This document shows, in pieces, positions 10,160-19,647 of a stretch of DNA of 64,000 bases. Position numbers and translations under genes: made by a program. Source of the stretch: Candidatus Latescibacterota bacterium (GTDB lineage Bacteria; Latescibacterota; UBA2968; UBA8231); the NCBI GenBank assembly GCA_965206595.1, contig OZ242214.1, positions 4,288,001 to 4,352,000 of the forward strand, written 5' to 3'. Position 1 is the stretch's first letter, and every line of letters begins with the position of its first letter. The notes below the pieces were generated by a model. That model made no database searches, was not told the origin of the DNA, and was given only the letters and a program-made list of their open reading frames with translations.

Positions 10160-10262
10160 GTTTATCTTCAGACTCGAGCTTCACCCGGTTCTTATGGGAG
10201 ATTATCCCTTGCCGGAAAACCGGAAATTCCCTGCCGGTTCAGATCGCCGGCGAGAAGTGTTT

Positions 10263-10685
10263 ATGAAATCCTGCCAAGGCTTGGACCAGCGCATCGCGAA
10301 CCTGCTCGAACCCCGCCGGGAGGTGCTCGAAGCCTACCTGTTCGGCTCCCATGCGCGGGGAGAGGCGCAGCCCCGCAGCGACCTGGACATCGCCGTTTAC
10401 ATCGATGAAGAAGCGGCGGAAAAAAGCGCTTTCGGGTACCGTGCGCAACTCGCTACCGAGCTCATCGCGGGGCTCCACAGCAACGACATCGACCTTCTGA
10501 TCCTCAACCAGGCCCCCCCGGTTTTGTACTACCATGTCCTGCGCGACGGCATTCGCCTGCTTGCCCGTGACATGAGGGCGACGACGACGCGGGAGGGGCG
10601 TGCGGTTTCCCGCTACTGCGACTTCGTTCCCCAGCTCGCGAAGATGGAAGCGGCGTGGGGTTCCCGCTCCCGAGGCGGAAGATGA
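10263..10685 (+). CDS. mntA: MNT nucleotidyltransferase antitoxin (type VII toxin-antitoxin)
   Basis: AYLFGSHARGEAQPRSDLDIAV (GSx10DxD), IDLLILNQAPP. The start codon is chosen at ATG 10263. Confidence 0.85.
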   Translation: MKSCQGLDQRIANLLEPRREVLEAYLFGSHARGEAQPRSDLDIAVYIDEEAAEKSAFGYRAQLATELIAGLHSNDIDLLILNQAPPVLYYHVLRDGIRLLARDMRATTTREGRAVSRYCDFVPQLAKMEAAWGSRSRGGR

Positions 10686-11137
10686 CTCCCGGACAGCCCA
10701 ACCCCTCCGTGGTGCGACGCCATCTCACCGCGCTGAAACTGGCCGTCGAAAATCTGCGCCGGCGTTCCGGTACGACCGCGGCTGAGCTTCGAGGTGATTC
10801 CGATCTGCGCTGGTCGGTCGAACGCGGCCTTCAGCTCTGTGCGCAGAACAGCCTCGATATTGCTACCCATATGGCGTTGTCCGCCGGCCTGGATGCTCCG
10901 GATTATGCAACGGCCATCGACCGGCTCGCCGAGACGGAAGTGTTGCCCGGTGATTTCGCGGAGCATTTCCGGAATGTCGCCGGCTTCCGCAACGTGCTTG
11001 TCCACGGGTACCTCGATGTCGATCTCGACCTGATCGCGCAGTTTCTCGACCGGCAGCTCGTCGATTTCGAAACGTTTTCCCGCCATGTCGAACGGTGGCT
11101 TTCAAAGCTTTCCGAAATGAATGACGGCTCACAATGA
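10682..11137 (+). CDS. hepT: HEPN/DUF86 RNase toxin
   Basis: VERGLQ...LDIA...GFRNVLVHGY (Rx4H); ATGA overlap with the antitoxin gene. Confidence 0.85.
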   Translation: MTPGQPNPSVVRRHLTALKLAVENLRRRSGTTAAELRGDSDLRWSVERGLQLCAQNSLDIATHMALSAGLDAPDYATAIDRLAETEVLPGDFAEHFRNVAGFRNVLVHGYLDVDLDLIAQFLDRQLVDFETFSRHVERWLSKLSEMNDGSQ

Positions 11138-11205
11138 GAAGGCCGTTCGACGACGCTCTACAGGGCATTATTCCCGGGACGGCAACCTGACGACGGAGTA
11201 TCGAC

Positions 11206-11949
11206 GTGGATCTCTACATCGGCACCAGCGGCTACAAGTACAAGGAGTGGAAGGGGCCGTTCTACCCGGAGAAGTTCCCGGACAAGGAGATGCTGGATTT
11301 CTACGGGCAGCGCTTCAACAGCGTCGAGATCAACAACAGCTTCTACCGGGTGCCGAAGCCGGACGTGGTCGTCTCCTGGGCGGAGAGGGTGCCGGGGAAC
11401 TTCCGCTTCTCGATGAAGGCGACGCGCCGGATCACGCACCTCAAACGCCTCAAGGGGGTCGAGGAGGAGACCGGGTACTTCATCGACATCGCCTCCAACC
11501 TCGGCCCGGGGCTCGGCGCCCTGTTGTTCCAGTTGCCGCCGACCCTCAGGAAGGACATGGACCGCCTCAGGGCCTTCCTGGAGATCCTCCCGGACGGGGC
11601 CCCCGCGGCCATGGAGTTCCGCCACGAGAGCTGGTTCGACGACGAGGTCAAGGCCTGCCTGCGGACGAAGAACGTCGCCTTGTGCTTCGCGCACGAAGAC
11701 GAGGACACCGCCGAGGAGAGCGAGCGCAAGTTCGCCGCCACCGCCTCCTGGGGGTACCTGCGCCTGCGCGGCAGCGGCTACGGCGACGACGAGCTGCGCG
11801 CCTGGGCCGGCAGGGTCAGGGAGCAGTCCTGGGAGCGCGCCTTCGTCTTCTTCAAGCACGAGAGCGAGGGCCTGGGGCCGAAGCTGGCCAGCCGGTTCGC
11901 CGAGGCGACGCATGCCGCAGGAGATCCCGGCCCGGGGGCAAGGGAGTAG
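11206..11949 (+). CDS. DUF72 domain protein (YecE-like)
   Basis: IGTSGYKYKEWKGPFYP, VEINNSFYR, LFQLPP, EFRHESW, YLRLRG. Confidence 0.9.
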   Translation: MDLYIGTSGYKYKEWKGPFYPEKFPDKEMLDFYGQRFNSVEINNSFYRVPKPDVVVSWAERVPGNFRFSMKATRRITHLKRLKGVEEETGYFIDIASNLGPGLGALLFQLPPTLRKDMDRLRAFLEILPDGAPAAMEFRHESWFDDEVKACLRTKNVALCFAHEDEDTAEESERKFAATASWGYLRLRGSGYGDDELRAWAGRVREQSWERAFVFFKHESEGLGPKLASRFAEATHAAGDPGPGARE

Positions 11950-12080
11950 CCGTGGCAGCCGATCTCTCCAACGAGAGGGAAGGCCTGGGGCCGAAGCTGG
12001 CTATCCCGTTCACCAGGCGGCGCACGTCCCCGATGGTTCGAGCCCGGGGGCAGGGGAGCAGCCGGTGACCGCCGATATCT
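11858..12080 (+). repeat. Degenerate tandem duplication (two copies of about 110 bp) of the DUF72/amidase junction
   Basis: acgagag-ga-ggcctggggccgaagctgg...cccgggggca-gggag-agcc...gccgat-tct at 11858-11967 and 11971-12080. Confidence 0.75.
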
Positions 12081-13474
12081 GTTTCTCCACCGCGGTGGAG
12101 CTGCGCGAGCTCTACGCTTCCCGCCGGCTCTCTCCGGTCGAGGCCGTCCGGGCCATCCTCGACCATATCGCCGCGGCCGACCGCGATATCAACGCCTTCG
12201 TGACCCTCACCCCGGAGCTGGCCCTGCGCCAGGCCCGGGCAGCGGAAACCGCGTACGCCGAAGGCCGGGCAGGGCCGCTGGCCGGCATCCCCTTCACCCT
12301 CAAGGACCTCACCCCGACCCGGGGGATACGGACGACGCGGGGCTCGGAGCTGTACCGGGACTGGGTCCCCGACTACGACGCCCCGGTAGCGGAAAGGCTG
12401 TACGCCGCCGGGGCGGTGCTGCTGGGCAAGACCAACACCCCGGAGATGGGGTGGAAGGGGGACACGGACAACCGCGTCGCCGGTTCGACCCACAACCCCT
12501 GGCGCCGCGGCCGCACCGCGGGCGGCTCGAGCGGGGGCGCCGCGGCCGCGGTCGCCGCCGGGTTCGGGCCCCTTGCCCAGGGGTCGGACGGGGCCGGGTC
12601 GATACGGATCCCGGCCTGCCTGTGCGGGGTCTACGGGTTCAAGCCCTCCTGGTCGCTGGTGCCCCAGTACCCGGCCAGCGCCGTCGAGCTGTTCTCCCAC
12701 ATGGGACCGATCACCCGCAGCGTCGCCGATGCCGCGGCCATGCTGACCGTTATCGCCGGGGAGGATGTGCGGGACCGCGCCTCGCTTCCCTGCACCACCG
12801 ACTTCTCCGCGGCCCTCGAGGAAGAGGTCGACTGGGAGGGCATCCGCATCGCCTGGTCTCCCGATCTCGGGTACGCCGCGGTCGACCCGGAGGTGCTCGC
12901 GGTGACTGCCGAAGCTGCCCGGTGTTTCGCCGAGCTCGGCTGCCTCATCGAGGAGGACCACCCCTCCCTGGGCGACCCCTGGGAATCGATCGTCGACATC
13001 CTCTGGTCGACCGCGTTCGCCGGGCTGTTCCACGACGACTTCGACGCGGTGAAGGACCGCCTCGACCCGGGGCTCGCGGCGGTGATCGAGGCGGGGTCCT
13101 GCTACTCCGGCCCCCAAGTCGGGGCCGCCCATGCCCGCCGCATCGACTACTACCACGACTGGCGCCGCTTTATGGAGCGCTACGATTTCGTGCTGACCCC
13201 TGCCCTGCCGGTGACCGCCTTTCCCTGCGGCCGGGACCATCCCGGGGAGATCGCCGGCAGGCCGGCCACCTATCTCGGCTGGACCGCCTTCACCTACCCC
13301 TTCAACATCACCGGACAGCCGGCGGCGACCGTTCCCTGCGGATTCGTCGACGGCCTTCCCGCCGGCCTGCAGATCGCAGGTGGCTGGCGCCAGGACGCCG
13401 CGGTCCTGCGCGCCTCCGCCGCCTTCGAGCGCATGGCACCGTGGGCGCACCGGCGCCCGCCCTTGGAGGCATGA
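12065..13474 (+). CDS. Amidase-signature family enzyme
   Basis: GPLAGIPFTLKD, GKTNTPE, GGSSGGAAAAVAAG, GSDGAGSIRIPA. GTG start at 12065 is inferred. Confidence 0.9.
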   Translation: MTADICFSTAVELRELYASRRLSPVEAVRAILDHIAAADRDINAFVTLTPELALRQARAAETAYAEGRAGPLAGIPFTLKDLTPTRGIRTTRGSELYRDWVPDYDAPVAERLYAAGAVLLGKTNTPEMGWKGDTDNRVAGSTHNPWRRGRTAGGSSGGAAAAVAAGFGPLAQGSDGAGSIRIPACLCGVYGFKPSWSLVPQYPASAVELFSHMGPITRSVADAAAMLTVIAGEDVRDRASLPCTTDFSAALEEEVDWEGIRIAWSPDLGYAAVDPEVLAVTAEAARCFAELGCLIEEDHPSLGDPWESIVDILWSTAFAGLFHDDFDAVKDRLDPGLAAVIEAGSCYSGPQVGAAHARRIDYYHDWRRFMERYDFVLTPALPVTAFPCGRDHPGEIAGRPATYLGWTAFTYPFNITGQPAATVPCGFVDGLPAGLQIAGGWRQDAAVLRASAAFERMAPWAHRRPPLEA

Positions 13475-14712
13475 CCATGGAGATCCGCGCGGTCCGCGAG
13501 CAGGAGCTCGAGGAGATGATCGAGCTCCAGTGCCTGGTCTTCCGCCCTCGCGGCCACGACCGCTACAACGCCTACGTCCGCGGCGACCCCTCGTACGAGC
13601 TCGGGCAGACGCGGGTCGTCGTCGTCGACGGGGAGATCGTCGCCACCCTGCGAGTCTGGGACCGCACCATCCGCGTCGGAGAAACCCCGGTGAGAATGGG
13701 CGGAATCGGCGGCGTCGGAACCCACCCCGACCATCGCCGCCGCGGTTATGCCTCGGCCATGCTCCGCGACGCCATCGACTGGATGCGGCCCCGCGGCTAC
13801 CTCACCAGCGTGCTTTTCACCGAGGTCCCCACGAAATTCTACCGCCGCCACGGCTGGGCGAGCGTGCCCATGCAGGGGTTCCGCATCGCCGCGCCGGGTG
13901 CCGGCGCCACCCTTCCGGCTCCGGTGGGGAGCGTAGATGAGTGGCTGGTCGAAGCCTTCGACGAAACACGCCACCTCGAGGCCGCGGTGGCGCTGTACGA
14001 GAGGTACAACGCCGCCCGGAGCGGCGCCTTGGTCAGGGACCGGCCCTACTGGGATTCGGAGCCGGCGAGGATCCGGGGGATCATGCCGGCAGCGGTCGCC
14101 CTCGACGCCGGGGGGGACCTGCGCGGCTACCTCAACTACAAGATCGACGGGGGGCAGGCGGAGGTATGGGAGCTGGCCGTCGACGAGACCGCCGCCCCGG
14201 CGACCGATGCCATGGTGCGGCATTTCCTGCGGGAGTGCGCCGCCCCTGGAGCCGGCGAGATTGTCGGCGACCTGCCGCACCGGCACCCCCTCGTCGACCT
14301 GCTCTGCGAGTACAGCGGCGGGGATCTCGAGCTGACCGGAAACGCCACCACCATGTGGAAGGTGCTGGACCTTCCCGGGTTGCTCTCCGCCCTGCTGCCG
14401 GAGCTGCAGCAGCGGGTTGAGGAAGCCGTCCCGGGGCCGGCGGCGCTGCTCTTCGAGTTCGACGGAGAGCGCTGCTCGCTGGCACTCGATTCGTCGGGGC
14501 GGCTGCACCTCGATGCGCGCACGCCCGTGGGTCCGGCGCTGCCGTTGAGCGGTGAGATGCTGTGGCGGCTGCTGCTGGGGGAGAGCAACTGGTCCGACAT
14601 CGAGGCTTCCCCGGCTGCCCGCGGGAAGGCGGTCGATCCGGCGCTGTCCCGGCTGCTTGCGGCCCTGTTTCCTCGGCGTCAGGTCATCTACTGGGCGCCG
14701 GACCATTTCTGA
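13471..14712 (+). CDS. Eis-like GNAT acetyltransferase
   Basis: GGIGGVGTHPDHRRRGYAS, FYRRHGW, second GNAT-like region and SCP2-like tail; ATGA overlap with the amidase gene. Confidence 0.8.
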   Translation: MTMEIRAVREQELEEMIELQCLVFRPRGHDRYNAYVRGDPSYELGQTRVVVVDGEIVATLRVWDRTIRVGETPVRMGGIGGVGTHPDHRRRGYASAMLRDAIDWMRPRGYLTSVLFTEVPTKFYRRHGWASVPMQGFRIAAPGAGATLPAPVGSVDEWLVEAFDETRHLEAAVALYERYNAARSGALVRDRPYWDSEPARIRGIMPAAVALDAGGDLRGYLNYKIDGGQAEVWELAVDETAAPATDAMVRHFLRECAAPGAGEIVGDLPHRHPLVDLLCEYSGGDLELTGNATTMWKVLDLPGLLSALLPELQQRVEEAVPGPAALLFEFDGERCSLALDSSGRLHLDARTPVGPALPLSGEMLWRLLLGESNWSDIEASPAARGKAVDPALSRLLAALFPRRQVIYWAPDHF

Positions 14713-14756
14713 AAATCCGCGGCTGCGGCCGCGGCGAGGAGAAGGAGGAGGAGAAA

Positions 14757-15776
14757 GTGAGTCCGAAGAAGGGGTTTCGATGCGGAGTGATCGGCTACAG
14801 TCCGGCCTTCAACATGGGGCGTACCCATCTCGAGGCGATGACGAAGAACCCGGGGATGGAGGCGGTGGCCGTCTGCGATCTCAACGCCGAGTTACGGGCA
14901 GCTGCCGCCCGGGACTGGCCCGGAGCCACGGTCTACGGCCGCGTCGGCGACATGCTGCGCCGGGCAGAGCTCGATCTCGTCGCCGTTATCACCCCGCACA
15001 ACACCCACGCCAGGCTGGTGATGCAGTGTCTCGATGCAGGGGTGGGCGTGGTGTGCGAGAAGCCCCTGGCGATCACCAGCAGGGAAATCAGGGAGATGAT
15101 CGCCATGTCGAAACGCCGCAAGGCCATGCTGTCGACCTTTCACAACCGGCGCTGGGACAGCGACTTCCTGCTGCTCCGCGACCTGCTTCAGGAAGAAAAG
15201 GCGATCGGCGAGCCTTTCCGGATCGAGTGCGGCTTCTACAACTACGGGGAGTCGCGGCCCTGGTGGCGCTCGGACAGGAAGATCTCCGGCGGCGCCATCT
15301 ACGACTGGGGCGCGCACTTCACCGACTGGGTCCTGCAGCTCGTCAGGGACGAGATCGACTGGGTCAGCGGCTTCCAGGTTAAGAACCCCGCCTGGGGCTC
15401 GTACAGCAACGAGGACCACTCGGAGTACACCCTGAAGTTCAAGGGGGGCTGCGAGGTGACGCAGACCATATCGAACCTGTCGATGAGTCCGCGGCCGCGA
15501 TGGCGCATTCTCGGAGACCGCGGGGCCATCGAGGCGGCCGAGGGGGGCTTCCTGCTGCGCACCCTCGTCGGCAACAGGCAGATGAGCGCCGTGGTCCCGG
15601 TGCCGGAGCGGCTGCCGACCGCGGACCTGTTCTACGAAAACGTGTACCGCCACCTGCTGGGCCGGGAGGGGCTGGCGGTCACCGCCGAGTCCGCCGCCCG
15701 GGTCATCGGGGTGCTGGAAGCGGCCAACCTCTCCGCGACTCGGGGCTCCGCCCCGGTGAAGCCGGCGTTCAAATAG
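14757..15776 (+). CDS. Gfo/Idh/MocA oxidoreductase
   Basis: GVIGY, ITPHNTH, CEKPLA, FHNRRWD, SGGAIYDWGAH. Confidence 0.9.
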   Translation: MSPKKGFRCGVIGYSPAFNMGRTHLEAMTKNPGMEAVAVCDLNAELRAAAARDWPGATVYGRVGDMLRRAELDLVAVITPHNTHARLVMQCLDAGVGVVCEKPLAITSREIREMIAMSKRRKAMLSTFHNRRWDSDFLLLRDLLQEEKAIGEPFRIECGFYNYGESRPWWRSDRKISGGAIYDWGAHFTDWVLQLVRDEIDWVSGFQVKNPAWGSYSNEDHSEYTLKFKGGCEVTQTISNLSMSPRPRWRILGDRGAIEAAEGGFLLRTLVGNRQMSAVVPVPERLPTADLFYENVYRHLLGREGLAVTAESAARVIGVLEAANLSATRGSAPVKPAFK

Positions 15777-15789
15777 GAAGGACGGAACC

Positions 15790-16533
15790 ATGCTTCTCGG
15801 CGAAATGACCTCGCCCCGGATCGACGCGCTGCGGCGCGACATCGTCGTCTACATCCCGGTCGCCTCATGCGAGCAGCACAGCCTGCACCTGCCGGTGCTG
15901 ACCGACAGCATGATCGGGGAGGAGGTGTCGCGGCGCGTCCACGTTCGCATCCCCGACGACGTGCTCGTGCTGCCGGTGCAGTGGCTGGGGTATTCCCAGC
16001 ACCACATCCGCTACCCGGGAACGGTCAGCGCCGTCAGCGAGACCCACCTGCTGCTGATGATGGACATCGTCGCCTCCATGGTCGGCAGCGGATTCCGCAA
16101 GATCCTGATCCAGAACAGCCACGGCGGCAACGGCGCCAACATCCAGGTGCTCCTGCAGCGGCTGATGGAGCGCTACCCGGAGGGGGAGGCGGAGTTCTAC
16201 TCGCGCTGGGCCTGGGCCGATGGCGACACCCTTAACCAGATCCGCGACCTGCCGCACGGATCGGGGCACGCCGGGGAGACGGAGACGTCCATGATCCTGG
16301 CGATGCGCCCCGACCTCGTGCTCACCGACAAGCTCGACCCGGACGGGGAGCGCGAGGGGATGCGGGTCCCCGGAATGTCCTCCTACCACCGCTTCGACCA
16401 GCGCACCCGCCACGGCGGGGTAGGCGACCCCCGGCCGGCCACCGCGGAGAAGGGTGAGCGCATGCTCGACGCCTCCGCGGACGAGATCGTCGAACAGGTG
16501 CTCGCCATCCGCGCGCTGAAGCCGTTCTCCTGA
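15790..16533 (+). CDS. Creatininase/MftE-family amidohydrolase
   Basis: CEQHSLHLP..TD, NSHGGN, HAGETETS, GGVGDP. Confidence 0.9.
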   Translation: MLLGEMTSPRIDALRRDIVVYIPVASCEQHSLHLPVLTDSMIGEEVSRRVHVRIPDDVLVLPVQWLGYSQHHIRYPGTVSAVSETHLLLMMDIVASMVGSGFRKILIQNSHGGNGANIQVLLQRLMERYPEGEAEFYSRWAWADGDTLNQIRDLPHGSGHAGETETSMILAMRPDLVLTDKLDPDGEREGMRVPGMSSYHRFDQRTRHGGVGDPRPATAEKGERMLDASADEIVEQVLAIRALKPFS

Positions 16534-16551
16534 CCCGGTTCTGAAGCCGGC

Positions 16552-17484
16552 TCAGGCGCGTTCGAAAAGCAGGCTGAGGTCGAGGGCGGGAGCCGAGTGG
16601 GTGAGGGCCCCGATCGAGACCAGGTCGACCCCGGTCAGGGCGATTTCGCGGACATTGTGAATACCGATGCCGCCGGTCGCCTCGATTTCGATCGGCGGGT
16701 CGAGCGGGCGAATCAGCACCACCGCCTCCCGGATGACCTGAGTGGGCATGTTGTCGAGAAGAATCCGGTCGGGCCGCAGGCGGCGCTCCAGGGCGGTGAG
16801 CTCGCCCACCTCGTCGAGGTTTCGCGCTTCCACCATGACGCGCGGGGGAGCGGAGCCTTCCGCGTTCGCCTGTGCCGCCCCTTCCCGGGCGAGCCGCACC
16901 GCGGCGGCGCATCCCCCGGCCGCGGCGGCGTGGTTCTCCTTTATCAGGACAGCGTCGTAGAGGCCGCGGCGGTGGCTGACGCCGCCGCCGCAGCGGACCG
17001 CGTACTTCTCCAGCTGCCTGAGGCCCGGTGTGGTCTTGCGGGTATCGGTGACGCGCACCCCGGTGCCGGCGATTGCGGTGACGAAGCCGCGGGTCAGGGT
17101 GGCGGTTCCCGAGAGGCGCTGCAGCAGGTTGAGGGCGGTCCGTTCCCCGACCAGCAGGGAACGCGCCGACCCCGACATCTCGACGACGGTTTCACCGGAA
17201 TCCACGATGCTGCCCTCCGCGGCGCGGCCGCCGAACTGCACCGAGCCGTCGAGACGGCGGAAGACCGCGCAGGCGACCGGAAGCCCGGCGATCACCCCCC
17301 GCTGCCGGGCGACGATGCGGGCGCGCGCCCGCGCCTGCGGGGAGACGGTCCAAGAGGTGGTCAGGTCGGCTGACGGGGAGGGTTCCGGAGAGCCGAGGTC
17401 CTCGGCGAGGGCAGCGGCGACGACAGCGGCCGCGTCCGGCAGGCCGGGTGCCTCGAGTCCGGTGAATTGGGGAAGGGGGCTCAT
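16552..17484 (-). CDS. nadC: Nicotinate-nucleotide pyrophosphorylase (carboxylating)
   Basis: ERTALNLLQRLSG, DTRKTTPGLR, HRRGLYDAVLIKENH, ILLDN, ISIGALTHS-like motif. Confidence 0.95.
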   Translation of the reverse strand: MSPLPQFTGLEAPGLPDAAAVVAAALAEDLGSPEPSPSADLTTSWTVSPQARARARIVARQRGVIAGLPVACAVFRRLDGSVQFGGRAAEGSIVDSGETVVEMSGSARSLLVGERTALNLLQRLSGTATLTRGFVTAIAGTGVRVTDTRKTTPGLRQLEKYAVRCGGGVSHRRGLYDAVLIKENHAAAAGGCAAAVRLAREGAAQANAEGSAPPRVMVEARNLDEVGELTALERRLRPDRILLDNMPTQVIREAVVLIRPLDPPIEIEATGGIGIHNVREIALTGVDLVSIGALTHSAPALDLSLLFERA

Positions 17485-17732
17485 GCCGTTGCTCCGCTAC
17501 CCGCGGTTATCCGGGCGCCGCGGGTGGCCAGATCCAAACGGTGATCCATAATGGGAAGTATATACCTGGGTAAACGTTCCAGCATCCCATACAATATCAA
17601 GCGACTATTCCCCCACTGACGAATAGAAACCATGCGCCCGAAATGCTGCTCAGGGAGAGAAGTCCCCGGCGTCCGGGACTGTGGCCCCTGAGCGGCCACT
17701 CCGCCGGCCCCCCTTCTCCAGGGAGCAGTAGC

Positions 17733-19616
17733 ATGACCGTCACCATCGAAGCGCGCGAGCCCGCGCCCAACCCCCCGCGCTGGGCGGTCCTTCAACGGCG
17801 GCTGTTCGACGCCATCGAAGAGGCCGCGCCCAGGGTGCTGGAGAGATACACGAAGCCGGACGGCAACCTGCTGTGGCCTCCCTCTCCCGACTTCGAGAGC
17901 ATCGACGCCCTCGACGACTGCTACGAGAGCTTCCACAACTGGCCGCTCTTCTACCTGCTGGGCGGCAGCGACCGCTTCCTCGCCGCCGCCCAGCGGGAGT
18001 TCGAGGTCATCACCGCGGCGATGAGCGGCCACGGCACCGGCCACGGCTACCCCATGGTGGTCAAGGAGTACCAGCCTGGGTACGACTGGTTCCACCAGGG
18101 GGAGGGGAACTACCTCTTCTACATGCTCTGCGCCGCCGACCCGGACCATGCCGCCAACCTGGAGCGCGCCCGGCGCTTCGCCGGGCTGTTCCTTGGAGAG
18201 GATCCCGAGGCCCCCAACTACGACCGGGAAAAGCGGGTCATCCGCTGCGCACGGAACGGCAGCATGGGGCCGGCCTATTGGACCTTCGAGGACAGTCCGT
18301 ACTGGCCCTGGCACGGGTACAATCTGCCCTTCTACGACGTGCCGGGCTGCACCAGCCATGAGGCGGTGGGCGCCGATCCGGCGCTCCCGGAGCGGCTCGG
18401 CCGGGCGATGCGGGAGCGCCAGGGTCGAGGGGATTCCGTAGTGAACCTCCTGGCGACCGGCCTGGCAGCCAACGCCTTCCTGCTGACGGGTGAGGAGAAG
18501 TACCGCCGGTGGATCGTCGAGTACACCGGGGCCTGGATCGAGCGCGCCGGGGCGAACGACGGCATCGTCCCGGACAACGTCGGCCTCTCAGGCGAGGTCG
18601 GCGAGCACATCGACGGCAAGTGGTACGGGGCGAGCTACGGCTGGGCCTGGCCCCACGGGTGGCACAGCGTCGGGCAGGCGGTCGGGGTCGCCGCCCAGAA
18701 CGCCGCCCTGCTGACGGGAGACCTCGGGTACATGGATTTCCCCAGGTCGCAGATCGATCACCTTATTGCGCGCGGCATCGAGCGGGACGGCCAGCTCTAC
18801 GTGCCCCACAAGTACGACGACCCCGGCAGGGTGAGATACGAGCCGGGGGGCTGGATGCAGTACCCGATCCGAAACGAGGACGGCACCGCCCTGCAGAAGG
18901 ACGGCTGGTTCGAGTTCATGCCGATGTACCCGTCCGACATCGCCCATGTCTGGTGCATGTCGATGAGCCCGGTGGATTCAGCGCGGTTCGAGCGGACCCG
19001 CAAGAGGAGCGGCGACCCTTTCGCCGTCAACTCCTGGCACCACACCAAGGACCAGGGGGGGCACGACTGGGGGTGGCTGGCCTGGGTGCACGGGGATTTC
19101 GACCAGTATCCCGAGCGGATTCTCGAGCACAACCTCTCCCAGGTGCGGGCGCGCCTCGCTTTCATGGAGCAGGACGAGGAGGACCCGGCCGGGTACTCGG
19201 ACGCCTATTTCCAGAGACGCAACCCGGTCACCTGCGAGGGCCTGGTGCAGCTCACCCTCGGCGCGCCGCTGCCCCACTACAACGGGGGCCTTCTGGTTTC
19301 GGCGCTGCGCCACTTCGACGCCCTGCGCCGGCGCCCGGGCCTGCCGCCTGACGTGGCCGCGCTCGTGTCCGGAATGACCGCGGACAGGACCGACCTGACC
19401 CTGGTGAACCTCGGGCCGGAGCACCGGCAGGTGCTGATCCAGGCAGGGGGGATGGGAGAGCACGAGTTCACCGAAGCCGCCGTCGACGGGGCCCGGCAGC
19501 GCATTCCAGTCAACGCCTCCACCCTCGAGATCGGCCTTCCGCCCGGCACTCGCATCGGCCTCGAGCTGGAGATGAGGCGCTTCGTCAAGCGGCCGACCCT
19601 GGCCTTTCCCTGGTGA
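17733..19616 (+). CDS. Conserved hypothetical Trp/Tyr-rich protein (possible alpha/alpha-toroid enzyme)
   Basis: Long ORF with host-like codon usage and a GGGAG RBS; DDCYESFHNWP, YDWFHQGEG, PDNVG, RHFD...RPGLPPDVAALV. Confidence 0.7.
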   Translation: MTVTIEAREPAPNPPRWAVLQRRLFDAIEEAAPRVLERYTKPDGNLLWPPSPDFESIDALDDCYESFHNWPLFYLLGGSDRFLAAAQREFEVITAAMSGHGTGHGYPMVVKEYQPGYDWFHQGEGNYLFYMLCAADPDHAANLERARRFAGLFLGEDPEAPNYDREKRVIRCARNGSMGPAYWTFEDSPYWPWHGYNLPFYDVPGCTSHEAVGADPALPERLGRAMRERQGRGDSVVNLLATGLAANAFLLTGEEKYRRWIVEYTGAWIERAGANDGIVPDNVGLSGEVGEHIDGKWYGASYGWAWPHGWHSVGQAVGVAAQNAALLTGDLGYMDFPRSQIDHLIARGIERDGQLYVPHKYDDPGRVRYEPGGWMQYPIRNEDGTALQKDGWFEFMPMYPSDIAHVWCMSMSPVDSARFERTRKRSGDPFAVNSWHHTKDQGGHDWGWLAWVHGDFDQYPERILEHNLSQVRARLAFMEQDEEDPAGYSDAYFQRRNPVTCEGLVQLTLGAPLPHYNGGLLVSALRHFDALRRRPGLPPDVAALVSGMTADRTDLTLVNLGPEHRQVLIQAGGMGEHEFTEAAVDGARQRIPVNASTLEIGLPPGTRIGLELEMRRFVKRPTLAFPW

Positions 19617-19647
19617 GCAAGGGGCCGGCGCCCCTCGTTCCGATCCT

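Noticed and set aside
10263-11137. MNT-HEPN pair as a novel system
   Set aside because: Canonical, well-described type VII toxin-antitoxin motifs.
12451-14712. 753-aa ORF suggesting an extended GNAT fusion
   Set aside because: The N-terminal part is an off-frame overlap with the amidase; the real start is at 13471 or 13477.
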